A stretch of 64,000 nt of DNA from Botryllus schlosseri (Eukaryota): NCBI GenBank assembly GCA_051294905.1, contig CM119372.1, positions 23,686,001 to 23,750,000 of the forward strand, written 5' to 3'. Shown here one piece after another: positions 27,301 to 39,600 of the stretch. The notes below the pieces were generated by a model, which worked only from the letters and a program-made list of their open reading frames with translations, searched no databases and had not been told where the DNA came from. A program made the position numbers and the translations under genes. Every line of letters begins with the position of its first letter. Within the stretch, counting starts at the first letter, position 1.

Positions 27301-30300
27301 GCCTTAAAAACGTTTTCTAGCCACTTTTTCTGTAATTCATTCCTTGCATCTGTGGACATGTGCAATGTGCATGTTGAGCTGGAAACCTAACTGTAGATAT
27401 TTAGCCTAGTTCAGGTCACCAATTTCATATTGTACAATGCCTCATCCGAATTTTCATTCACACCACACCTTCGCCATTCTCACAGCAATTTTTTTCATTC
27501 GCATGAGTACGAACCGTCACACAGGTTGAAAAGCGCTGATGTACACAATGCTATAATAATCCCATGAAATCAATATCATCCGTCATTTTGTCACCAATTT
27601 CGACGAGGACTTGCACGGGAATATAAGCTTACGCCTCAACGGTCTATGCCCGACCGTAAAATGTATTCGGCCTGTGACTATCAATACATTGACATTGAGC
27701 AAATTGTAATATACGAAAAAGATTCACTTCACAGTGCAGAGCCTACCAAGGTTCGTTTGTGAACGCGAACCTCTAAATTCCCGAGTATCACACACAAAAC
27801 GCGAACGTGAACCTCACGTCCGCACCATCCCTAGGGCCTCCGCCTATAGGCTAATTATCAGCAAAAATAGAGAATAGAGTACGAAACCGCAGATAATTGG
27901 ACCCGTCCAGACAACCATCTTAGATCGCCACTGCCCGTGTAAATTTGTAATTTTTTGCTTGTATTCACATCAATAACACATTGTCCAATTTTGAACTCGA
28001 TTAAAAAACATCGGAATACGGGTCGCGGCACATCCATATTATGTTTCCATTTTTGCTACCTAATATTTATGAAATTTTCATTTTAATCAGTGGAGGCTAG
28101 CCTACTTTCAAGACGACACTGTCCCATTTACAACTCATATCTTGAATATACTAATTCCCCAATAAATTGTATCAATGCAAGAAACGTTGAAGAGATCAGA
28201 GTCGGTCTACATAGAAATAACTCAATATTAAATTTAGAGATACTGTACTGCTACGACCCTCATATCTCGCATCTGCCTGGAGTTGTGCTTGTCCTCTCGA
28301 GTATATGAAAGGGCTGTCATATTCGACGTTTAGCTGTAATTGCAGACTATAGCTCAACTCGTGGCGTTTCAAGTTTTACCCTGCCTGATTTCGCGAGCTT
28401 GGGACCGGCACTGGCTAGAAGATCATTCTGCAGTTTCGAGTCTTTACTCAATAGATTTGACAGCTGATGACTGCTCGCAGACCTCTGCGGTTTTATTAAT
28501 TGCTCGTGATCTGGCGATCCGCGGGTTTAGATGTGATGTTTGTTGCCCAGTAGCCTATTTCCTTCAATTACCGCTATCTGTAATCGCTACACACACGAAA
28601 TATCAACCTAGCTCAAACTATTCATGTATTCAACTATAGCTTGCCGCACAAACAATTCATTTCAAATCGGTAAAGACTAAAGATATATATTATCTCCCAA
28701 GCTCAATAACAATTTAAGGACTATTTGACATACTGTAATAGCCAGAGCAAATATTTCCAAATAATGAAACATCATACTTAATCCTGAAGTTTTCAGGTAT
28801 AAGCACATGTTATTTATTGGATTACTGATAATGGGTATAGTGGTACCCGCACCGCGTTGCTGATATTTCAGCCATATACGCGGGGCCGGACGGTTTTATC
28901 AGGGGTATTGCGATGATCTAACATTGCGTACATTCATAAAGCGCCAGGTCATCCACCGCATTGTGTATTGCATTTGTCTGCTGAGGCGCCGTATCGCCTA
29001 CCCGCATCGCCGCGGATCCGGTTCTTAAGGATTTGAAGATCGCTATATATTGTACACAACAATTTGTGTGTGTTTTTTCAGTAACATACATCATACAGTC
29101 TTTTCTACCTATCCTGATGCTACGTTTTATACCTAAATGATAAAACAGTGCGTTGTATGAGCAATTAACCGCTTTTGGAAGACTTTCTTATGGTCAAAAA
29201 TGTCCGCCTATTTGGGAATAGCCTACACAGCCAACGATGAAGCCATACGGAGATAGAGCATGATTTACTTCTTATGTAACATTGCTATATATTCAGAGGT
29301 GATCAAAGTAGTCAAGAAAACTACTCAAGTAGAAGTAGCGACGAAAAAATTTACTCAAGTACGAGTAGAAGTATATTTTCCATAAGAAACCTAAAACTAC
29401 TTGAAGCAGCAGTAGAATTGACTGACTTTAAATCTACTCAAGTAAGTAAGTAGTTGTGAAAACGATCGTAATTCGTTCGCATGGATTGTCAAAACGTGGA
29501 AATTGAGCTACGCGAAAGGTGTCGAGCTTGATTCATATTGATGCATACCAGGAACTATCCAATTTTCGACAGCATAAGCATTCTTCCGCATCATGAAATA
29601 AAAATGCTGGTATTGATTTTAGAAAATACCATGGTATCGCACCCTCCTCCATATTATAAGGCCCGCAGTTTAGTCAAAGCGCAATACGGAGAATTGTATA
29701 GGATACGGTGTAAACACCTTCCGCGATTAGTAAACGCTAATAAAAATATGGTGCATCGTAAAAATGCCATAGCCATATAGTGTAGCTTTATTTATGCCGC
29801 ATCCACTGCACGCGAAACGCGATGAAAATTCTGGGCTTTACTCAACTTTTATGAAAATTAGATGTGGATACTCCGTGAAAACAGCCCCGAAATTCCTCAG
29901 GCTATCTTTCTGATTGGAGGATAAGGCTACTTCTACTTGACAAACTGAAAATAGCAAAAAGTAAGTAGATCACAAAATATTACGAAGTAGAAGTAGTGAA
30001 AATCAGATCTCCTTGAGTAAGTACATTATATAACCGTCCGCTATGTCTATTTCGCGGGGCCCCGAACTCCGCTTTCAGTATCCGTCCGCTATGTCATCTC
30101 ATCGACGGGCAATCAGTCGCCAAATTGGCCTTGAACTCGCATGGCTGACTTCTCCGTTATTCTCCACTGCTTCGAAACATCTTCCGATACGCCCCGAACT
30201 CCGCTTTCAGTATCCGTCCGTTATGTCATCTCATCGACGGGCAATCAGTCGCCCAATTGGCCTTTAACTTGCATGGCTGACTTCTCCGTTATTCTCCACT

Positions 30301-33300
30301 GCTTCGAAACATCTTCTGATACGCCCTGATCTTCGCTTTCTATATTATATAACCGTCCGCTATGTCTATTTCGCGGGGCCCCGAACTCCGCTTTCAGTAT
30401 CCGTCCGCTATGTCATCTCATCGACGGGCAATCAGTCGCCAAATTGGCCTTGAAATAGCATGGCTGACTTCTCCGTTATTCTCCACTGCTTCGAAACATC
30501 TTCCGATACGCCCCGAACTCCGCTTTCAGTATCCGTCCGTTATGTCATCTCATCGACGGGCAATCAGTCGCCCAATTGGCCTTTAACTTGCATGGCTGAC
30601 TTCTCCGTTATTCTCCACTGCTTCGAAACATCTTCTGATACGCCCCGAACTCCGCTTTCCTTGTATTATATAACCGCCCGCTATGTCATCTCATCGATGG
30701 GCAATCAGTCGCCAAATTGGCCTTGAACTCGCATTGCTGACTTCTCCGTTATTCTCCACTGCTTCGAAACATCTTCCGATACGCCCTGATCTCCGCTTTC
30801 TATATTATATTACCGTCCGCTATGTCTATTTCGCGGGGCCCCGAACTCCGCTTTCAGTATCCGTCCGTTATGTCATCTCATCGACGGGCAACCAGTCGCC
30901 AAATTGGCCTTGAACTCGCATGGCTGACTTCTCCGTTATTCTCCACTGCTTCGAAACATCTTCTGATACGCCCCGAACTCCGCTTTCCTTGTATTATATA
31001 ACCGCCCGCTATGTGCTCATCGATGGGCAATCAGTCGCCAAATTGGCCTTTAACTTGCATGGCTGACTTCTCCGTTATTCTCTACTGCTTCGAAACATCT
31101 TTCGATACGCCATGATCTCCGCTTTCTATATTATATAACCGTCCGCTATGTCTATTTCGCGGGGCCCCGAACTCCGCTTTCAGTATCCGTCCGCTATGTC
31201 ATCTCATCGACGGGCAATCAGTCGCCAAATTGGCCTTGAAATAGCATGGCTGACTTCTCCGTTATTCTCCACTGCTTCGAAACATCTTCCGATACGCCCC
31301 GAACTCCGCTTTCAGTATCCGTCCGTTATGTCATCTCATCGACGGGCAATCAGTCGCCCAATTGGCCTTTAACTTGCATGGCTGACTTCTCCGTTATTCT
31401 CCACTGCTTCGAAACATCTTCTGATACGCCCCGAACTCCGCTTTCCTTGTATTATATAACCGCCCGCTATGTCATCTCATCGATGGGCAATCAGTCGCCA
31501 AATTGGCCTTTAACTTGCATGGCTGACTTCTCCGTTATTCTCCACTGCTTCGAAACATCTTCCGATACGCCCTGATCTTCGCTTTCTATATTATATAACC
31601 GTCCGCTATGTCTATTTCGCGGGGCCCCGAACTCCGCTTTCAGTATCCGTCCGCTATGTCATCTCATCGACGGGCAATCAGTCGCCAAATTGGCCTTGAA
31701 CTCGCATGGCTGACTTCTCCGTTATTCTCCACTGCTTCGAAACATCTTCTGATACGCCCCGAACTCCGCTTTCCTTGTATTATATAACCGCCCGCTATGT
31801 GCTCATCGATGGGCAATCAGTCGCCAAATTGGCCTTTAACTTGCATGGCTGACTTCTCCGTTATTCTCCACTGCTTCGAAACATCTTCCGATACGCCCTG
31901 ATCTTCGCTTTCTATATTATATAACCGTCCGCTATGTCTATTTCGCGGGGCCCCGAACTCCGCTTTCAGTATCCGTCCGCTATGTCATCTCATCGACGGG
32001 CAATCAGTCGCCAAATTGGCCTTGAAATAGCATGGCTGACTTCTCCGTTATTCTCCACTGCTTCGAAACATCTTCCGATACGCCCCGAACTCCGCTTTCA
32101 GTATCCGTCCGTTATGTCATCTCATCGACTGGCAATCAGTCGCCCAATTGGCCTTTAACTTGCATGGCTGACTTCTCCGTTATTCTCCACTGCTTCGAAA
32201 CATCTTCTGATACGCCCCGAACTCCGCTTTCCTTGTATTATATAACCGCCCGCTATGTCATCTCATCGATGGGCAATCAGTCGCCAAATTGGCCTTGAAC
32301 TCGCATTGCTGACTTCTCCGTTATTCTCCACTGCTTCGAAACATCTTCCGATACGCCCTGATCTCCGCTTTCTATATTATATTACCGTCTGCTATGTCTA
32401 TTTCGCGGGGCCCCGAACTCCGCTTTCAGTATCCGTCCGTTATGTCATCTCATCGACGGGCAACCAGTCGCCAAATTGGCCTTGAACTCGCATGGCTGAC
32501 TTCTCCGTTATTCTCCACTGCTTCGAAACATCTTCTGATACGCCCCGAACTCCGCTTTCCTTGTATTATATAACCGCCCGTTATGTGCTCATCGATGGGC
32601 AATCAGTCGCCAAATTGGCCTTTAACTTGCATGGCTGACTTCTCCGTTATTCTCCACTGCTTTGAAACATCTTCCGATACGCCCTGATCTGCGCTTTCTA
32701 TATTATATAACCGTCCGCTATGTCCATTTCGCTGGGTCCCGAACTCCGCTTTCAGTATCCGTCCGCTATGTCGCGCGTGTCTATAAAGGTTAATGACCGA
32801 AAGCTCCGCCCTCCGCTTCCTCCGCTAACTCCGTCTTTTAGGAATCGGCATTTTTGGCTCTCTCCGCTGTCTCCGCTGTTTCCGCGTTTTAGGGTCCGTT
32901 CTCCGCTGCCTCCGCTGTCTCCGCTGCCTCCGCTTCTCCGTCTTTTAGGGATGCCCAAAATGTCGTGTAATTGGAAAAACAAGTGAGTCAACTGCAAAGC
33001 AAGATCTATATAACTTGGTCATGAATTCTAGTTGTAAACCCATATTGCATCAACGTAGAGGATTAACTGACATTATGAAACTCCGTTTCGATGCTACTGC
33101 AAGTTGATCTAAAAGGCAATCCACCAATATTTCTCACACTGCTGCTTGCTGAAGAACCCTCTTGACAACATACCGGTAATCATAACATATCGCATGTTGA
33201 TATTCTTGAACGAATTACCTTCAATTATTAAAGCAATGTGTTCTCTTGTAATGGCGTACGCAATCAACATCTTCTTTATTCCTTCCGCTATGATGAGATT

Positions 33301-33415
33301 AGCGACACGTTCATCCACATCCATAAAGTCACTGTACTGCGACCTGTCGCTCCATTTAAATTTGACCCTTTGACCGTGACTGAGTTTCCGCCGTTACCGA
33401 GAGATGTGAAGCGTG

Positions 33416-33456
<41 letters not shown>

Positions 33457-36400
33457 TAGCAATAGAGAAATTATAGATAACTAACCTACGTAGGTTTATC
33501 TATAGAGAAACGTAGGTTAGTTATCTATAGAGAAATACAGAGATGTTTATTCAGTCAACAGTCAAAAGCAGAATGCACTGATAATAGCCAGGTAACACTA
33601 ACGATTACTAAACAACGTACTTCAAAATTACATGGTGATGACAATGATTGATTGATTGATTTCTTCATTGCTATACTGCTGATATATCAATGATCAATAA
33701 TGAGGAAATGCAATATAATGGAAATGATCAATTTCTTCTGCCAGTTTGGTAGGTAAATAAAATGAGAAGAGAAACGATCACAAAATCTAGTAAATGCAAG
33801 AAAGCGACACACTAAAATAATGGAGCGACATTGATGAAACAGCAGTCCACTTCATGGCTCCTGAGCAATGTGCCCTTTTAGGTACGCATGTGTGCAATTG
33901 ATTTGAGCTGACGCAGTCTCTGCTCACATAAATTATCAGTTGCGCACAAAAAATCCGAAGAGATGACCTTTTTTTTAGTGGTTACGCACTGTTGTCCAAG
34001 GGACCGCGCAGTGAATAGGTGAGCGCTTGCTGCAGACTCGTCAAAATTAGAGGTAACATTGCTTCTGAGCTATATGTAAACGGGGCTAAAAGCACGCATT
34101 ACTTACGCGAGAGTCGTTATTACCGTTCAACATCTATTATAGAAAGGCTGCATCATTTGAGAATCTATATCTTGCAGCTTAATTCCTCCCCTGCAAATAA
34201 CCCAGCGGGAGCAAACAGACCCCAGGGTCATTGGGTTTACCGATGACGTCATGATCGGCACACGAGTGTACCGTACGTTACCCTGGATGATCTGGTCATT
34301 TACCAGTGACATTACGATTACATTTCAGCAGCGTTTCCATCGTCGACCTCACAATCCCTCTCAATCTTACTGATCTCACAACTCGTGCGGCGACTTACCG
34401 GACTATTAAAATGTATACGTAAACTCTTTCATAGTGATCAAAGCCGGCGACAGATGATAAGATGAGAGCAGAAGCACATATTTCGTAACTTTATCTGATG
34501 AAGTGTGGACTTGCACATATTATGACACCACTTCGGCGAAAGATTTGGGTCGACTTTATGTGTTTGTCCCATATTGCATCTTTGAATGCACAATTTTGTG
34601 TCTAAATCGATGCTTTCGATTTAGAGTGTACATGAATACTTTTGTGTCACAATTCTGCGTTTCTCTCAATTATTACATGTTGTAATTCATCATTGAATTC
34701 TTTCATTGTGCCTCCCTGAGAATGCTCTGCGGCCACCTTGGGGAGTCGAGGGCCAAGTTTGTGAAGTGCAATTCGTCTGAAGGCTCATACTATACATGTT
34801 TTTTCGAAATGATTTACGCAATTTTGACATAATTACACAATTTAAAAAAATCATTTTTAAATCGCATATTTTAAAACACCGTTTAAAACATGTTTTAAAA
34901 CACCTCTTGTTTTAAATGCAGCCACAAATGTATTAGATGTGTATTGTGTTAGATTTTGGATTTTATGAATCAGAGAAAATTTGGGGTTGCCGAAGCCTTG
35001 CCGGTAGGGGAAGTGTTCTCCGTGTTAGTTAACAACCACTGCCCTAATATGTTCCTAAATCAATTTGTTGGATCTGTTTTTGTCAGATCTGGCGTTAACT
35101 TCCAGTCCACAAAGACACATTAATGAAAGCAACCAAGGCACCAGAGAGTCTCCAACACTTGGAACGAATTTCTAACACTGGGCCCAAATAACATTTGCTT
35201 TTATATCAGGCTCCAGGCATACCTAACTCGGGAATCTGCGCGGAAAGATAGGCTCATGATTGCGATCTAGTCCGCTTTCGCGCTAAGCATGCATAATTTA
35301 ATGTCAGTTATACATCACATCAAAGTCCATTTGTTGTGTTTTAACCACACCTATTCAATTTCTCTTTGCAACAATGCTGTGGATTGATGGCGATAACAAC
35401 ATGGCATGTCCACCAACGTGCGTATAGCTTTTAATCACTTGTTTTGGACGGTACTGCACAGGATCCAGATTTACATCTTTCGACAGTGGAAAACAGTATT
35501 GAAGCTATAATGGTCATAGATGAATCAACTCTTGGTTGCATATAGCTTAGAATTTCAGTACTTGAAAAAAATCATCTAGACTCGAATCATTCGGGGCTAA
35601 GGTTTTTTTTGCGAAAGCAAACGTCTGAATTATCAAGGCTTCTATACCGAACACAAACACGAACCGAACGTTCGAACCACCCCTACTTAGCATTCACTTC
35701 GGAAGGGGAGAGGATGAATTGCTATTGACTAGAGTTCGTGAGTATCAAAGCATAAAGTCAGAATATTTGTCCTTTGCGGGAATCAGAGTGATACAAAGAT
35801 GACAATACACATCATTGCCTGGTTATTTATCACACAGCGGAAAAGGAATAGGTTAAGTCAGTAATTCCCAACCTTACTGTGCCCCCTTGTTCCCTTATCC
35901 CATTTCATAGCTTTATTCAATTCTCATTATGTGACGTAAACGATAGAATATTGGAATTGATGGAGCATTAATACAATAATTTACATCATATAGGCCTACT
36001 ATACAGGTCAAATGAGAAAATATCATTTGCTCACATAAAGTGATATGATTTACCTTCCGTAACTTCACAACATTTCATGACTTGAAATTGACCTAAATAT
36101 TTGTATTCGAGTGGCGAGTTATTCCGCATTTCTTATACGTCGTGGGTATGGCTGCAGTCAAGTCAAGTCATTCAAAAATTGTGACTCGCGTCACGTCACC
36201 CAACACTGACTGTTGATTATATTGCGTGCTGTTACCAACATTCGCATTTTCGCCTCAATGTGAATATAAACATGTAAACAAAGACACTTCTTACTTATTT
36301 CTACATCCTAGCTCGTCTCCGAAGTTTTCACAAAATTGTACTCCGTCACACAATGAATTTAACCAAACGAGGCTGATGGATGATCCGTTAATAGGAACGC

Positions 36401-36640
36401 ATCTGTAAGAATTATGAACAAGTTAGGATTCCATAATCTGTTTCGATTCGGATGTGAGGATTTATATGTAAAATTGTGACGTAAATCGCTATTGAATCGC
36501 AGATCGCGTAATCGCAGGTGGATGAATGGTCTTGAATTTGTAATGTGTACTGTATTTTGTGTGACCTTACGTAAAAGGTCTTATCGTATCTCAATCGTCA
36601 AAGCATCTCGATGGTACTAGCGAACATAAATCTGATCCCC

Positions 36641-36674
<34 letters not shown>

Positions 36675-39600
36675 GTAATGTTCACACCTGATGGGATTTT
36701 GATTGGGAACTAACCGTTTTGATTTATATTCTGAGCCTTACGTAGGCCCATACCATTGAGCAGATGTGTTCAGTAACCAACTTGTACTACTGAATATGTT
36801 TTATAACTACTTCTACTTATACTTGGAATGTTTTTACACGAAACTACTTACGATTTCAATTGGTATTTTGAAAACTAGAAAGTAGTTTCAGGATGGGATT
36901 GCATCACTTTGATGAGCGAAAATGTCATTTCAGCTGCTGTAAATAGCTCCCGCACGACGCTAACGAAATATATTGATGAAAAAACTACTTTATAGTGCCT
37001 TTCGTCATTTTTGTAGGAAGACACCCTCGATTAACTGCTTAAAGTATATGACAGTTGAGCACAGACATCGGGTAATCGCGATTAGAAATCGTAATCGATT
37101 ACGACGATTACAGCATTTTCAAGTAATCGTAATCGCAATCGATTACATTCGAAAAAAAATCCGAAGTAATCGTTATCGTTATCGACTACTTCACATATCT
37201 AATCGATTTTTTTGTGAAAGAACGATTACTTTTTATTTGTACCAGGACTAGGACTATGACATAAACAGAACTAAATGCAAGACAGACTTTACGCAAAAGT
37301 TGCTATTCTGAAAATTTTGTCAAGGTAATGGTTTGAAAACTTATACTTGAGCACTACGAAATGTACAAGTACTTTATCTTTACACGACGTTTTTTGTAAA
37401 ATGTATACTAATTTTATTGAAAAAATAAAAACGAGCGAAAAATTACATTTTATCCCGGAGCGCAACAAGAAAAATCGTATGAATTTGTAAACTACTTATT
37501 CATGACATAATAATAATTTCGCGTAGGCTATGCATACAAATGAGGAAAGTTACATCAACGCGTGTTAACTATCGAGTTATCGAATGATTTTTTCCTTACA
37601 TCAAAACAACTAGAATGTGTAACTACATTAAAAAAAACGTATCTAAATGAGCTCCAGGGCATTGTGATTATGCAGCATACCAAATTTCATCACACATTGC
37701 ATGATGGAACAACTTTAAAACTAATGCAGTTCTATAGCAACTTTTGCCTAAATCTGTCACTTTTTACGTGGAGGGAGTACATAGCGAAGTACTTGTACAT
37801 TTTGGAGCACTCAATTATAGGTTTGGCCTGCTTGCGCTATACTTAATGAATCATTCCTGTGTCATAAATACTTGAGTTGTTGGTGCGTGTAGACAAAAAC
37901 CTACTTGAGAGCATAAATTTTATTTTTTCGATAAAATTAGTATTCATCTTACAAAAAACGTCGTGAAAAGGTAAAGTACTTGTACATTTCGGAGTACTCA
38001 AGTATAGGTTTTGCCATCTTATTATATGCTCAGTATATTATATGTCAAGAATTGTGGAGCATTTATGTGGGTCTCCGGGGTGCTCTTCATTGAGTGTCCG
38101 TGTTGATCGATAAGTTTAAGTCGCAAAATTAGTGTGTTCAAATCAGGCCTGTCGCCAACATAGTGATGTCGCATAAGCCCTAAATACACATAATAGAATA
38201 TCAAGGAAAAGTATCATCTAACGTATAATGAATGTTATTTATTTCTCGGAAGCAAGTTATTATCAAAACATAGTGGTCAAAATTATCGCAGAGCAATGCC
38301 GATTTTGCGTAAATTCCGTTATGCGTCCGACTATGTTACTAGGGATTTTGTAGTTAGTTAGGAAATTAGGAGTCCTATCTTCCCAATCGGTATGGAACAA
38401 CATCAAAATCATCACAAAGCAATATCGAATTTTGCCTGCATTCTGTTATGCGTTTTACTACGGTAGTATGCATACAGGTGTCCAGACGTGGACTTTCTAC
38501 TATATTCGATTCATTTGAACATGGGACCTCCTATATCCCGATAAACTTGATTGCTGAATGTACTCGAATCGAGAACAACAATATCGACTATTAAACTATA
38601 GGGCATTTGGTAGGCACTGAATTTCTTTTGATAATATCGCGGCATGCGCCCGGAAGTGGAATTAGTTCAACCTGCCGACGTGGAAGGAAATTTGTGCAGC
38701 CGTCAACACGTAATTCAATTAGTATGTGTTGCCGACGGTCGACATGCAAATTGAATTTACGAATTGACCGACATACTCTCAAAATGCTTCGCGAACGTAA
38801 ATCGGGAAATGTACCAATGCCGCAAAAATCGCTGTTTTAATCTGAAAACAATTGCCGCGATGCGACCTAATCCATACGCTAAGCCAGAAACCGGAAGAGA
38901 CAATTACTGACTGGCTGCGCGATTTCGCGTTTGTAATTATCATATTGTCTGCTTGAAACCTCATGTTCGAGGGTTTGTTTGTTTGTTTTGGGATATTCAT
39001 GGTGTTTGTCGACTACTATGGTCATTTACACCAGGCCGATATTCTTCATATTTTCCGTAACTGCCGACTTATAGCACGGCCCACCTCTAGGCTTTTTGTA
39101 AGACAGCGCTTACGCGGATGAGGTGGCGAGGATGTTCGAGGGTCGTCGTGTGTTACTTGCGAACTTGCCAGGCCAGCGCGTAGTATATTTGGTTACTCTC
39201 ACCTCGCACGGCGCATTGTGCGTGAATAACATTAATGCAACTCCAAATTCTCAGTGACCTAAATTCTGATTTTTGTTCTATGTATTCTGACGGACGGACT
39301 GGTAGGGCAGTTACACTTTCGAATGATCGTACCGTTTTAAGATTCCATTTAATAACCCGGATGCATGATTTGACATTAATGAGTGCACGTCCGGTATTAA
39401 AACGTCACACGAATGGTTTAACACTGCACGTACGCCACGCACCAACGTTTTGTGCGACGATGACGTAATCGACATGGAACAATTATGTCGTCACAAGGCT
39501 TCGCCACCTCGTAAAAAAATAAAAGTCGGCGCCTATGAGTCTCCAAGTATGATACTGGGAATTGAAATGTAAATATAAATACTACTTTTAACAAGCGGAA

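Larger units (their letters stand above)
17840..32956 (-). mobile_element. 15.1-kb Mutator (MULE) transposon with Foldback-like modular long TIRs
   Basis: Ends GGGCATCCCTAAAAGACGGAG... / ...CTCCGTCTTTTAGGGATGCCC; flanking direct repeat AAAATGTC at 17832-17839 and 32957-32964 (9 bp AAAATGTCG if the first G is assigned to the TSD); internal intact MULE transposase. Confidence 0.92.

Noticed and set aside
30025..32760. Regular repeat arrays (also 18025-21733) as a CRISPR array
   Set aside because: No unique spacers, units of about 132 bp, no cas genes, eukaryotic context; they are the inverted arms of a transposon.
30043..32997. Repeated ORFs MADFSVILHC..., MSISRGPELRF... and Gly/Ser-rich ORFs (also 17742-21711)
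   Set aside because: Translations of tandem and terminal repeat DNA in several frames and on both strands; no domain signature.
34250..35520. Possible decayed coding sequence on the minus strand
   Set aside because: Short open stretches and splice-like sites but no recognisable motif.
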